Assembly: GCF_009914755.1 (NCBI RefSeq)
Contig: NC_060932.1
Reading direction: 5' to 3' (one strand)
Source: the human T2T-CHM13v2.0 reference genome, Homo sapiens
Length of the DNA: 64,000 nt
How positions within the stretch are numbered: the stretch's first letter is position 1; each line of letters opens with the position of its first letter. The notes under the pieces were generated by a model. The model saw only the letters and a list, made by a program, of their open reading frames with translations. It was not told the DNA's origin and did not search any database. Positions 41,770 through 55,159 of this stretch are shown here, piece by piece. Position numbers and translations under genes: made by a program.

Positions 41770-44330
41770 TAAAAACTTTAATTTTCATTAATGTAAAATG
41801 TACATACTATAAAACTGCACAAATCTTAAGTGTACAGGTCAGTTGATCATCATAAATTGAAAACCCTATGTAATCAATTCCCAGATCAAGAAATTGAATG
41901 TTACTGGTAATCCATCTGCTTGAGTCTCCTTCTTGGTTGCTACATCCCCAAAGGAACGGTTATCAGAGCCTGATAACCACAGATTAGGGTGCTCATTTTT
42001 GAACTTCATATTAAATAAATTCATATTAAACAAAATACATATTAATTATATATTAAATGAATTAAATTCATATTAAATACATTAAATAAAATGAATTCAT
42101 ATTTAATATGAATTAAATTCATTTAACTCATTCCACTGAATAAATAAATGGTTTATATTTTTGGTGTTGATAAATATTGGAGTTGTTCTGGTTTGGCACT
42201 ATTAAAAATAGCAATGCTATGAATATTCCACTACATATGTTTTCATACACCACACCACATTATACCATTACATTCACTCCCCACCCCCTACTAAAATACT
42301 TGTTCAACAGACATGCATATATTCAGCTTACATAGTGACAAACAGTTCTAATACATATGTTTGTGTATGTGTTATATACATATTTTTTTTCTCCTTTTCC
42401 AGGACTGTATGGAACTCCATCTGTTCCACATTCTCATGAACAATTGAATAATTGTTATCATCAATATTTTTATTAGCTATTCTGGTGGATGAGTGATATC
42501 ACATTGTGACTTAGATTTTCCAGATGAGTAATGATGTTGACAAATTTTCATACGCTTATTTGTATACTCTTTTTTTGTGAAATGCTCGTTGAAGTCTTTT
42601 ATCTATTTTCATATTGGGTTACCTATTTCTTTTTGCCATTTTGGAGTTGTCTGTTTACATTTAGGACTGTGAAGGGTCTGAGACTTGCCCTATTTTAGAG
42701 GCAACTCCTCCCCCCCAAAACCCAAACACTTCTGGTCCCAATAATTTGGAATTTTGGATAAGGAATACCGAACCTGTACTTCTTTAAATACGTTAAAGCT
42801 GTCAATATCACTGTCTTTTAACTTTCAATGCTGACATTGAGAAGTCAGGTGCCAATTTTATTTTTATTCTCTTAAACAAATGTGCCTTCATTTTTTTGCC
42901 TCTTCTGACTGCATTTAAGATGTTCTCTTTGGATTTAACTAGTTTTACTATGACATGTCTGAGTAATAATCTTTGTATTCAATGTGATTGGGGTTCAAAC
43001 ACTTGTTCAGTGGTGTGATGTTTTTCATCTGTTTTAGAAACTTTCCTGCAATTTTCTCTTTATACATTGCTTTCATTCTTTTTTCTCCACTTTCTCACAT
43101 TTGAAGTATCTTAATTTCATAGGTGTTAGATGTTTTTTCATTGTGTCCTATATGCATGTCTCTACTCATTTTGCGCTCCCTCTCTTCTGTCTTCTTGATT
43201 TCTTTGTGCTTAAGCCTGGATATTTTCTATTTTCTTGATATTGGAAGATAGACACTAGTCTCTTTCAATTCACATATCTTGTCTTCTATTGTGCCCATTC
43301 TTCTATGAAATACATCTATTGAGTTGTTAATTTCAGTTATTGTATATTTTTAGTTCTAGGGTTTCTATTTGATCCTTTGCAATATATTTCATTTAACAGT
43401 TGAAATTGCAACCTCAAATCTACTTTTTAGTTATATATGTCACAATTATTTTAAAGACTGAATGATAATTCCAACACCTGAATCATGTGTGTATGTGTTT
43501 TTTTTTCCTAGGTCTAGTTTCTTTTGGATGTCTGGCAATCTTACTGAATACCAGGCAGTGTGCATACATATTGGGGAGAAGCTGGATAATATTTTCATCT
43601 ATATTCATCCTATCCTCTGAAAAAGACTTAAAATTGGGCAAATCACCTGTGTCCTATTGGAGACTGAGGAGTCTGGTTACATTCTCTTTAAGACCCTGTT
43701 CTAAGGCTGACTCTCTAGATGTCCCAACTGTGCTAATGTAGTGCTTCCCTAGAGTATAGGGCCTAACAGGCCCTATACTCTAATTTTCGTAGCCTCACAA
43801 CCATGAGCCAACTGAAGACTATTTTGTGTTTCAGTGGCTTTTTGACTGGCTCTTAGATTTTCATCCAGTGCAGGCTATGAGTTTGGTAAAACCTTGAAAG
43901 GAACAATAAATAGTATTGGAATTTACATCTTGGTGCTTCCCTACTCTCACGGATCTTGGCCCCTTAATCGTGGCTTCCTTCATGGCCTCACACTCCAATT
44001 TGTTGTCTCCTTATCTCCAGAAGATTCCTAAAAGTTATCTTGGCTTCTCTGTAAGATAGTATCAACCCTCAACCTGAAGTCTCAACCAGAATTGGCAAAT
44101 GTCCTAAGATCACCTAAGTATGTAAGCTCACCTTTCTTTGGTTCCTTTTTCACCAGGATCTTCACATCTCATGTCTTGGATATCCTGGTGGTTCTCTTAT
44201 ATCTCTGAATACACACACATACACATATACATATACATACATATGCATGTTATTTTATCTGTCTTTTCTTGATCTCAATGGGAATGTTGGTTTGCTATAA
44301 GCTCTGTCAACATAGCCAAGGCATTTATGT
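41770..44330 (-). mobile_element. Ancient L1M mosaic: 3' end (41770..42660) and ORF1/5' region (42780..44330), with a Tigger4/MER46 terminus at ~42725..42778
   Basis: TAAAACTGCACAAATCTTAAGTGTACAG, CCAGATCAAGAAA, TGGTTTGGCACTATT; CTTCTGGTCCCAA..GGATAAGGAATACCGAACCTG|TA; TTTAAGATGTTCTCTTTG..AGTTTTACTATGAC. Confidence 0.6.
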
Positions 44331-45242
44331 TTTTCAGGTTCACTCAATCACTTTTTTGACTTTGCCAGTGAGCAATAAAGGCATTTGAAAATGTTTCTGG
44401 TAACTTAAATTCTAAACATATTTTGGGACATAAAAATGTTTTTCTGCTAAATTATCTCTAGGTTATTTTGTCACCAAATAATAAATTCTTCACTTACAGC
44501 TGATTGTTCAGATGCTGACATTGTCTATGTCTCATTTGCATTATCTTTTTCTGTAGAAAAATTACTACACATTCTCATAATAAGCACATCTTCCAATTTA
44601 TGCTCAATCATCTGTTAGTTCCCCTTATAGCTTTGCAAATTTACCTCAGCATTTTTCTTCTTCAGTGAATTTAGGGTCCTTAAAATTTCAGGTGCTTCTC
44701 AATATATTCTCTTCTCAAACAATTTATGATAGGTCATCGGCGTATCCCATTATTAAATACCCCTAGTCAGGTGAGTATACTACCCCATCTCTCCTTTAGG
44801 TTATTCCACTTAAACTCACAGTAATTCACACTTGGGCATTACTCAAACCATCATTTAAGACTCTAGTAAAAACATTTGGAAAGAAAAAAGAGACATGCCA
44901 TTTATACATATGTAGGGAGCTTTTGTATTCTCTGTCTACACAGTCTACGTATTTATTGACTTTCTTTCCACAAAACATGGGAAAAGCAGGGATAATTGCC
45001 AGTTTTTTTACCCTCTTCTTTATTTTCTGATATGAGCAGAAGAATCAAAGTTAATAGCATTCAATTTTTATATAGCCATTAATTACTGAATAAATATAAT
45101 GTTAATGTTAATTAAAAAATTGGCCATGTTTCAATTAGTAATTTGTATACATTTTCCCTACCTCTTCTCTATGCTTTTACTTTCAAAATATTGCTATACT
45201 TCTTTGTCTTGAATGTTTTAGTTAATTTCATAGAAAACAGGA

Positions 45243-45297
45243 AATTTAAATTCCTATTTTCCTAGGTAATTTAAGTTCCTATTTTCTTAGGTAATTT
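45243..45297. repeat. Tandem duplication, period 25
   Basis: TTCCTATTTTC(C/T)TAGGTAATTT at 45251 and 45276. Confidence 0.9.
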
Positions 45298-45334
45298 CCT
45301 AGAAAATAACCTTCTTTTCTTTTTTTAGAAAGCT

Positions 45335-45928
45335 ATGTTATTTATCTAATGCTGTATCACTGATCTCTAAAAATTTACTGCATTTTAACAACAATAATCG
45401 TTTGCTATATTTCCTTAATGTTCTGGGCCAGGAATTTGGAAAAGCCTTGGCTAGGGAGTTCTACCTTGGGGGTCTCTAGAGAAATTGCAATTTGATACGG
45501 TCTGGGTCTGCATTCTTCTCTAGACTTGACTGAGGCTGGAGTCTACTTCAAGGTAAGTGGCTCACTCACAGAACTTGCAAATTGGTGTTGGCCACTGGTG
45601 GAAGTCTATCTCCACTTGGGTCTCGGGTCTCATATGGCCTAGGGTTCTGTGAAACACAGTGACTGTACTCTAAAGTCAAATATCTTGAAGAGAAATAAAA
45701 GAGTAAGAGAGTAAGAGAGGGAGAGACAGAAAGGGTTAGCTCTAGTTAGAAACTATATCCTTTTTATGACCTAGTCTCAGAAGTCACGTAGCATCACTTC
45801 TACCACATTCTATTCATTAGAAGGGAGTCACTAAGTATGACTCATATTCATTGGGAGATGAATTAGAATCTATGTTTCAATGGGACAAGTGTCAAAGAAT
45901 TTGTAGATATATTTTAGAAGCACCACAA
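45335..45928 (-). mobile_element. MaLR LTR (old MLT1)
   Basis: TGTTATTTATCTAATGCTGTATCAC..GGCCAGGAATTTGG..TTTTATGACCTAGTCTCAGAAGTCAC..CATCACTTCTACCACATTCTATT..CCACCACA. Confidence 0.75.
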
Positions 45929-47289
45929 CAGCCACATGTGCCTTAAACTCAAATTATAATTTATTCAATTATGGAAACTGGGAAGATGAAATTAATCTGG
46001 TTCCTGCTGTTGCTATGAATAACATCCTACTGAATGATTTTTTTGGTGAGATATTGAATATATAACTAAGTTCTTTTTAATATTTTCCTATATTTTTCAA
46101 AAGTCTTAATAACCTTATTAAGCATATTTCATAACATTTTGATTAGAAAGAACTGCTGCCTACAAGAATTCAGAAAACCAATTATTTCATATCAAAATTT
46201 GTAAAAAGAAAATAGATAAAATACTGTCTGCAAAATCAGACTCTGCGCTTAAAGAAATTAAGAAATGTATTCTACATATTACAATAGGGAAAATTTAAAA
46301 CTCCAAAAACAAAAGGAGGTTCTATGTGAAAAGTCATCAAAATTAAAATATCATTAGGATCAAATTTGAATACTAGTCCTTCCCAGTTTATCAATAAAAT
46401 ATTTTTGTGGAACAGAATAAATGTAATGCAACACAGAGAAAATAACTGTAACTGCTAGCCTGGTACCCAAATTAAGTGAAAGGTACTCTCCATACGCAAG
46501 TCGAAGGGAGACAGCCTCCTTATAATTTCTTGTGAAAAAAGTTTGGCTCTCTCCCACTTCCTGCAAATGACCAAGTGGAAGGAAATGAAATAATCAATTA
46601 ATATCCTTTCTATTTAAAGATGTCTTACAAATTAATGAAAATAACTCAGTAGAGTAGTCTAATAGGCACAAAGGCAGAAAATAGCTAGTGAAAATTCACA
46701 AAACACATACAATGGAGTAATACACACAAAATATGTGCCTTTCAGTATTAAGAAAGTATATAAATCAGGGAAATTAAATTTTTATCTATTAGATTGGTCA
46801 AGGTGAAAAAAATCAGGTATTTAGCTGGAGTTAATACTCATGTGGATAGCTTCGAGTGGTTGAATCTGTGTGCCTGCTGTGCAGCCATCCTATCTGGGTA
46901 TACAACCTGAATCCCCACCTACAACTATTACCTCAGACACATTATCTAATTCTTTGTGTTTCACTTTCCTCATCTGTAAAGTTAAGATAATAACAGAATC
47001 TACTTAATAGAGGTACAGTGATGATTAAATAAAAATTCACCTATGGCACTTAACAGAATTTGATATTCAGTAATACTATTATTATTTGCAATTTATTATT
47101 TTCACCATTACTTTCATAGTTATTGTCATGTTCAGGGTCAAATGGACTGTCCCTCTTACATATTACTGGTAGGAGTATAAACTTGCTCTGCATTTCTGAA
47201 AAACAACATAACAACATATTAAGTTCTTTAAAAATGTTCATGCTCCTTGGTCAAATAATTATGTGACTCTATTCTAAAGAAATAGCTAG

Positions 47290-47613
<324 letters not shown>

Positions 47614-47728
47614 ATAAATACGTTCATTACAGTATATCTAAGAGCTAAAATTAGAGATAACCTGAATTTTCACCATTAAAATAATCCTATTATATTCAAT
47701 CACATGCCAGAATATTATGACTCATTAG

Positions 47729-47785
47729 ATATTAGTCATCAGACATATTTTAAAGCTATATATTAGTCATTAGACATATTTTAAA
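47729..47785. repeat. Tandem duplication, period 31
   Basis: ATATTAGTCAT(C/T)AGACATATTTTAAA at 47729 and 47760. Confidence 0.9.
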
Positions 47786-50495
47786 ATTATGAACAATACA
47801 CAACAATTGTACATATAGCTGCCCAGATTTACATCTCTGCTTTATCTAGTAATTAATATATATCTACTGAGGAAAGTGATTAAATTTATCAGACCTGCAG
47901 TGGTTATCTTTGAGTGAAAGTCTTAAAGATTTTAATAATTTTCTAACTTCCAGTTTTAAAAAAATTTACACAAAGATATTGTTTATATGATTAAAAATAT
48001 TATAAACCATATTACAGTGAAAGATTTACTAGAAATTATGGGTTTAATGATAAATCAAAATGTGCAGTTGGCACTGTAGTTACCAGGAAATAAACTGTTT
48101 TAATATTTATTTTAATATTTATTATTTACCAGGTATTGAAGTAGGTGGATTGTCATATTTAACTTGTTTAAATGGTGATTGTATCCTTTTCAACTACCAC
48201 TATCTTCCCCACCCTACACGTTAAAAAAGAAAAACAAAGGCTTGGTCAGTTTAAGGGATGTTAAATACAGAAGAATTAATTCTCGATTGTTCTATTGTCA
48301 ATAGATGTGATATCAGCATTGAGAAAAATAGCAAGTCTTTATCTGAAGACTAATAATCATTTTGTCCCTCATCTGTATGAAATGGAGATGTATGGATATA
48401 GATATATCAGAGTGGGTATCTGCCTAGATCGGTATTTTTGAAGAAGAAAGATTTTGACAGAGCCCATTATGTCAAATCTAAAAAGAACAAGGCAGGCATC
48501 AGACTGCATCAGACTGCATTGTCTTGAATTTAAAATATCTCGGTAAATTAACATCACATATCTGGGTCAATCTGAATAGGAAGGGTGGTGGTACTCAGAG
48601 TGGTACCACAGAAATAAGAGGTTGAGGCTATTTAGGAAAATGAAGTAAATACATTTTGGTATGCTATAAATAAATCATGGCAATTTAGGTTAGTTAAGAT
48701 TAAATTATATAAGTTGATAATAAACCTAGATAAAGAGAAGTGTTTCCCAATGCTTTCTCAAAGACTCTTTTATTTTCTTCCGTATCTTCAGCATAAAGTG
48801 TGAAGAGTTCTACTTGAAGTCCTTCTACTACTTGAGTAAAATCATTGTTTTAGATATATTGAGCAAATGCAAAACTTATAATCTATTCTGTCTAAAAGTT
48901 TATTCTGTAAAGTACATCACCTCTAGTTTGATTTTATTTATTGCATAAGAATTCATTATGTTCTTAAGATAGTCAAGGAAACGTGCTATATATCTTGCAT
49001 GCCACAAACTTGCAAAGGAAGGTGTAAAGTTATAAGGAGAAAGTGATTAGGAAAAGATTTTAGGTTGATTAGATAAGGGTCTTGAGGGACTGAACAGGAG
49101 TTTATGATGGAAGGAAGTGGGCATAAAATGCAGTCATTGTTTTTAAGGCAGAAATTCATACAGAAACAATAACTGAAATTAAGAGGTAGAAAAGACCTAC
49201 AAATATAACTAAATAAACTGATTTCAATATTAGTAAATTAAGATGCATTGTTATTTACTGAGGCCAGGAATCAGATTGGAAACTTAAGTCTAAAAAGTTT
49301 AAATTATACCCAATTTAATTTCTCTGAATCATCTTCCTAAGAAATAACATACATAAGAGAAATGTACATTTCTCCAACGTTTCCATTAGATAAAAACCAT
49401 TAATCCCTGTCATCTGGCTAAAATTTTGTCAATAAACTGTGCCAGTAAAATCACTACCTCAAAACAAGCTCTAAATAAAAAGCTTTTATAGGTAAAAAAC
49501 TTTCACTTTAAACAGGGGCTATTGACTCTGGTTTAATGTATAATCATTAAAAAGTACTTAATATGCATACAAATGCATTTTCTTGTTAGTATTTCCTTCG
49601 TCACTGTCCCGAATGAGTAAACATACCAGAGCTAAATGATGCCGTTTTCTTGATCTAATATTCTATCCAACAGACATTTAATAACAAAATTAAATTTTTT
49701 AGGTGGCTATAAAAAATCAGGCAGTTGGCATACAAAAAGAAAGTTCTAACAAAGTGCCAATTTTACTCTAAAAAATAACCTAAATTACAATATTTAAAAT
49801 TTTTGTTTAATTTATACATGATATGAAGTATCCTGTATAGGTATATATGTATATGTGTGTGTATGTATCTGGATAATGTATATTATGAAGGGAAAAAATA
49901 ATAAAGTCTGGTTTAAAAAATTAAAATGAAAAAATTAGAGACTTTTATCTAATTTTAGCAAATTTAGATTGGATAATTTATATAGAGAGAGACTAATATA
50001 ATATGGGAAAATAATAAAGTTCCATTTTATATATGTAAAAATAAGGTAAGAGTAATTGGAATTAAGTTATTATTTTGAGATTTCTTCTTCAATACTATAC
50101 TATATGAAACAACTTTTTCAACTCTGAAATTGAATAACTCAGTGTTAAATAAAAAACAAGTTTTTTTCTGTTATGAATGAGCAAATTTAAAATTCAATAT
50201 ATCCAAGATACAATTTAAGACATCACAATTTTTAAAAACCTGTAAGTGGTGAGTTTAACAAACATGAAATACAATTGCTACAGAGAAGTCAGGAAGAGTT
50301 CTTGCTCTTGGGTCAGATGGAGTTAACAGAATTTTCTCACTGAATAAGTCAATTCCTGCAGTTAAAAAATTGCTTCTTACGTATGCTTATATATGTTTTA
50401 TTTTGTAGAATAATCTAATTTAAATAAAACCCGCAATTGCCTGTAGAGTGTCTTCAAACACTATTCTATTTTTAATACCCCATAAGTCTCTAGAA

Positions 50496-50842
50496 CAGTC
50501 ACATGTCAGTTAATGATGGGGATAGGCTCCAAGAAATGTATTAGGTGATTTTGTCATTGTCCCAACATTAAAGTGGACTTACACAAACCTAGATGGTAGA
50601 GCTTACTACACACCTAGGCTATATGGTATAGCCTGTTGCTCCTAGGCTACAAACCTGAACAGCCATGTTCCTGTGCTGAAAACTGTAGGTAACTGTAACA
50701 CAATTATAAATATTTGTGTATCTACATTAACATATCTAAAGAAAGAAAAGGTACAGGAAAAAATGGTATTATAATCTTATGGGAACATTATCATATGTAA
50801 GGGCCATCATTGTCCAAAATACAATTATGTGTCACATGACTA
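50496..50842. mobile_element. Tigger3a/MER7A-like MITE
   Basis: CAGTCACATG...CATGACTA termini; ACACAAACCTAGATGGTA..CTACACACCTAGGCTATATGGTATAGCCT..GCTCCTAGGCTACAAACCTG. Confidence 0.8.
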
Positions 50843-51188
50843 TATACATTTTGAAATAAATAATAGTAATAGTATGGGAGATAATATCGAAAAAAGGCCA
50901 TAAAACAATTTCAATAGAGAAATAAGCTCAGAACAGGTTCATACTGAACCCTCATATTTTACACCTTAATAGATCTCATATCCTGCAACATGGGTAAAAT
51001 ATTTTAAATTATAGGCATACTCATTTTATTCCCTTGTTGAAAAGCATTTAGTAGATTCCAATGGGCCCTAAGAGAAATACAACCTCATTAGCATGTCACT
51101 AACTAACTTCAACAAATGGGATAAAAGCAATCTTCTTAGTCTTCATGTTATTACTACTATTCACTCTTAATTACCTTGTCTTCTAGAC

Positions 51189-51410
51189 CAGTGATTCTCA
51201 ACTGAGGATGATTTTACCTCCTAGGGGACAGTTAGAAAAGACTGAAGATATTTGGTTGTTGTAATTCAGAAATGCTACCAGTATCTATGGATAGAGGCCA
51301 GGAATATTGCTAAACATCAAGCCTGTAATGTATAGGAACATCTCTCTTCCTACCCCAACAATGAATTATCTGTTCCAAAACACCAATAGTGCTGAGGTTG
51401 AGAAATGCGG
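51189..51410 (+). mobile_element. MER20 (hAT-Charlie) with perfect 8-bp TSD TTCTAGAC
   Basis: CAGTGATTCTCAAC...GAGGCCAGG..TGCTAAACATC...AATAGTGCTGAGGTTGAGAAA; TSD at 51181..51188 and 51411..51418. Confidence 0.85.
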
Positions 51411-52252
51411 TTCTAGACAAACATTCCTAATCATTTTTAATATCATCTTTCCCATATAGTTCTTTTGCCTTAACATTTCTTTCTTCCCATTTCTCTTTGT
51501 CAAAATTACACTTTTCTTTCAATTCTCAATTCAAATGCTCCTTTTTGCATGAAAACTTCAATTCAATGTGATGGGTAAAATTCAGTTAAGATAAAATATT
51601 TTTGGGTTCAATATGCTCAGCAAGACTCTATGATATTAGTAATTATAATTAGATACATACAGCAAAATATACCTTATATGTAAATTATAAAACATAATAA
51701 TAACATGCATCTGAAAATCTGCCATCCCAACTTGAAAACAGAATATTGCCGACTCCTTTACATCTACTCATGTATTTTTGTCCTTATTCTACTCTTCTAC
51801 CTCCCTCAAAACTAATCACTATCCCAAAATTTGTGGTATCCTTTGCTGTTTCGAAAAGCACATTTATATGCCTATATCCACATGGAACATATATTTTGTT
51901 TTTGAACCTTAGAAAAAATGTCATCATATTGTATCTAGTCTTTTGCAATTTGCCCTATTCACTCATTGTTGTTTGTAAAATTCATCTAGATTGTTGCTTG
52001 CAACCATAGTACTATATTTCTGTGTACACTTAGTATTTGTAAATAAATAAGAATTTTATATATTCATTCTAGGAACATTTAAATGATACTTCTTTTTTTG
52101 GCTATTAAAAGCAATTATGGCATGAAAACATTCTGGTATATATGTACTAACGTACAGGGGCAAGGCTTTCTTTAGAATGTCAATAAACCAAAATAAAAAA
52201 AAAAACTATTTGGTAAATATTTATGTAAATGTTCAATTTTATTAGGTTTTTG

Positions 52253-52326
52253 CCAAACTTTTCCCCAACTGTTTGAACAATTTATACTCCAAATTTTTCC
52301 CCAACTGTTTGAACAATTTATACTCC
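52253..52326. repeat. 36-bp tandem duplication (2 copies, 1 mismatch)
   Basis: CCAAA(C/T)TTTTCCCCAACTGTTTGAACAATTTATACT at 52253 and 52289. Confidence 0.95.
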
Positions 52327-53176
52327 TATATAGCAGGTATAAATGTTCTTGCTGATTCACATCTTCACTGTCACTTGCTATAACATTTTGTATATAAATT
52401 ATTATAAACTACAGATAGTAGAATTTTAATTTATTACAACAACTTTACTTTGTAAGTGGCAAGTTTAGTTCAATTATATTCATTGTGGTTACTGATATGT
52501 TTGAAATTTTAAAATTATATTATCACCTGATCACTTTACTTGCTTTCTTATGCTATAATTTCCATCTTTCTAAAAACTATAGTTTTTTCTGATGCAATTT
52601 TAAATTTATTTTGGTTTTCTTCTATTGTTACCTCCTCTACTATCGGTTATCCTTGAAGATTTACTATGCCCACTTAACATAGTAAAAAATTAATTCCTTA
52701 ACGCTAAAATAATATAAGGATCTGAGAATATTTTAATTCTCATGTTTTATGGTTTACATGCTATTATTATCCAATAAACTTTTCTTTTTAGTTACACAGA
52801 TTACACATTGTTATTAATGTGTGCATGCAATGTTTATTACTTTCTTTCATCAATATTATTTCATCTAAGTTTTTTTCTAGGAATCTTTTCTTTCTCCTTA
52901 TACTTCATGTCTCAGAAATTTGTGAAGAACTGTTAAGTGAATGGTCAACTGCCTCACTTTTTATACTTTTTTTTCATTTCATCCTAACCTTGGAAAGAGT
53001 TTTGCTGGGTAATTCTAGGTTGAGTTATTTTCTTTTGGCATTTGAATATATGCCACTGTCTTCTTGACTCTCCAGTGACTATGGGAGTTTCCTGTGAAAT
53101 TGTACCTAATGAGTCTTTTCTATCTGTTGGTTTGGAAAAATCCTCTCTTTGGTCCACAGTAGTTACTATAAAATAT

Positions 53177-53205
53177 GTGTTTGTGTGTGTGTGTGTGTGT
53201 GTGTG
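53177..53205. repeat. (TG)n microsatellite
   Basis: Seen directly. Confidence 0.9.
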
Positions 53206-54254
53206 CATGCACGCCCCTAGTTTATGCTGCTTTGAATATATTGAGCTTCCTCTATATGTGGATTCATATTTTTACTTCTAGATAATTATCAACAAGTATA
53301 CTTTGCACTTTGCATACTCTTTCCCCCGTTTTCTCCTTCTGGGACTCCAATTGTATTATATTACATCATTTTGTACTATTTTCCGTATCTCCTAACCTTT
53401 CACATTTCCTATCTTTTTTACTCTCTATACTGCAAATTGCAGATTTACTATCTGCAAATCTATCCTTTTGTTCACAAAATATTTTTTCAACCAATCCTAG
53501 CCTGCTATTCAATTTAATTGTTATGATTACATTTTATTCTTACTATTGCATTTCTAAGGTTCTGTTTCTCAGCTCTTCTTGGTTCCTTTTCATAGTCACT
53601 TGATGTCTGCTCAATTCTGTGATTCCATTTTTTCCTTTTTAAAGACATCCTGCATTGAAGTTTTAAAAGATATCCTATTTTAATATTATGTATCTTAATT
53701 TCATAAATTCAGTATCTGAAATCCTGGAGATTAATCTATTGTTTAGAGCTGATTCTCATTCATGATAATGTTTCCTTCAGTGTTAGTGATCTTTGCTCCT
53801 AAACTTCTATTTGCATGATAGCCACCGGTGAAAATAGCTGGGTGCCTAAATGCAGTATGTTTCCTCTAGAGGATATATATTTGCTTATGCAGGGAGCTGT
53901 GTATGTATGTGTATCATTTTGTCCACATCCAAGTGCAGTATTTTAACGCGGGAGCTTCAGATTCAATTTGCTCACCTTGCCCTTGAACTAAGGTTTGGTC
54001 TCTGCATTTCACACACGCTCACCACTCAAAACTCTAGTTTTAGCTCACTGTTTTACTGATCATTTGGAGATATCCTTACTGAATGTGATGTCAAAATATT
54101 CAATAAAAATTGTACATTATTGCTTATCTATTTCTTTAGTAGTAAGAAGAATCTCTGGAATATTTTGTCTTCCAAAAGTAACCATTCCAAGAGTTTTCTT
54201 TTAAAATCTCTACATGTTACTTGTTAAAATCAGTATCAGAAATACGTGTATTAT

Positions 54255-55159
54255 GGGGAGGAGCCAAGATGGCCGAATAGGAACAGCTCCGGTCTACAGC
54301 TCCCAGCGTGAGCGACGCAGAAGACGGGTGATTTCTGCATTTCCATCTGAGGTACCGGGTTCATCTCATTAGGGAGTGCCAGACAGTGGGCGCAGGCCAG
54401 TGGGTGCGCGCACCGGGCGCGAGCCAAAGCAGGGCGAGGCATTGCCTCACCTGGGAAGCGCAAGGGGTCAGGGAGTTCCCTTTCTGAGTCAAAGAAAGGG
54501 GTGACGGACGCACCTGGAAAATCGGGTCACTCCCACCCGAATATTGCGCTTTTCAGACGGGCTTAAAAAACGGCGCACCACGAAACCATATCCCACACCT
54601 GGCTCGGAGGGTCCTACACCCACGGAATCTCGCTGATTGCTAGCACAGCAGTCTGAGATCAAACTGCAAGGCGGCAGCGAGGCTGGGTGAGGGGCGCCCG
54701 CCATTGCCCAGGCTTGCTTAGGTAAACAAAGCAGCCGGGAACCTCGAACTGGGTGGAGCCCACCACAGCTCAAGGAGGCCTGCCTGCCTCTGTAGGCTCC
54801 ACCTCTGGGGGCAGGGCACAGACAAACAAAAAGACAGCAGTAACCTCTGCAGACTTAAATGTCCCTGTCTGACAGCTTTGAAGAGAGCAGTGGTTCTCCC
54901 AGCACGCGGCTGGAGATCTGAGAACGGGGGGACTGCCTCCTCAAGTGGGTCCCTGACCCCTGACCCCCGAGCAGCCTAACTGGGAGGCACCCCCCAGCAG
55001 GGGCACACTGACACCTCACACGGCAGGGTATTCCAACAGACCTGCAGCTGAGGGTGCTGTCTGTTAGAAGGAAAACTAACAAACAGAAAGGACATCCACA
55101 CCAAAAACCCATCTGTACATCACCATCATCAAAGACCAAAAGTAGATAAAACCACAAAG
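54255..55159. promoter_or_regulatory. L1 5'UTR: CpG-rich internal sense promoter plus antisense promoter; YY1 site AAGATGGCC at 54266..54274
   Basis: The only extended CpG-rich stretch in the window, and the YY1 motif is visible. Bidirectional promoter function is established for L1HS/L1PA 5'UTRs but is not shown for this copy. Confidence 0.8.
54489..54704 (-). CDS. ORF0: LINE-1 ORF0 (71 aa), intact
   Basis: MAGAPHPASLPPCSLISDCCASNQRDSVGVGPSEPGVGYGFVVRRFLSPSEKRNIRVGVTRFSRCVRHPFL*; ATG at 54704 in context GCAATGG. Donor-like sites CAG|GTGTGG (54599/54598) and CAG|GTGCGT (54514/54513). Confidence 0.85.
   Translation of the reverse strand: MAGAPHPASLPPCSLISDCCASNQRDSVGVGPSEPGVGYGFVVRRFLSPSEKRNIRVGVTRFSRCVRHPFL

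Larger units (their letters stand above)
51640..54200 (-). mobile_element. Ancient L1ME/HAL1-like element remnants
   Basis: Minus-strand peptide ESRRQWHIFKCQKKITQPRI (~52984..53208) resembles L1 ORF1 QARREWGPIFNILKEKNFQPRI; L1ME-type 3' end near 51650..52380. Confidence 0.55.
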
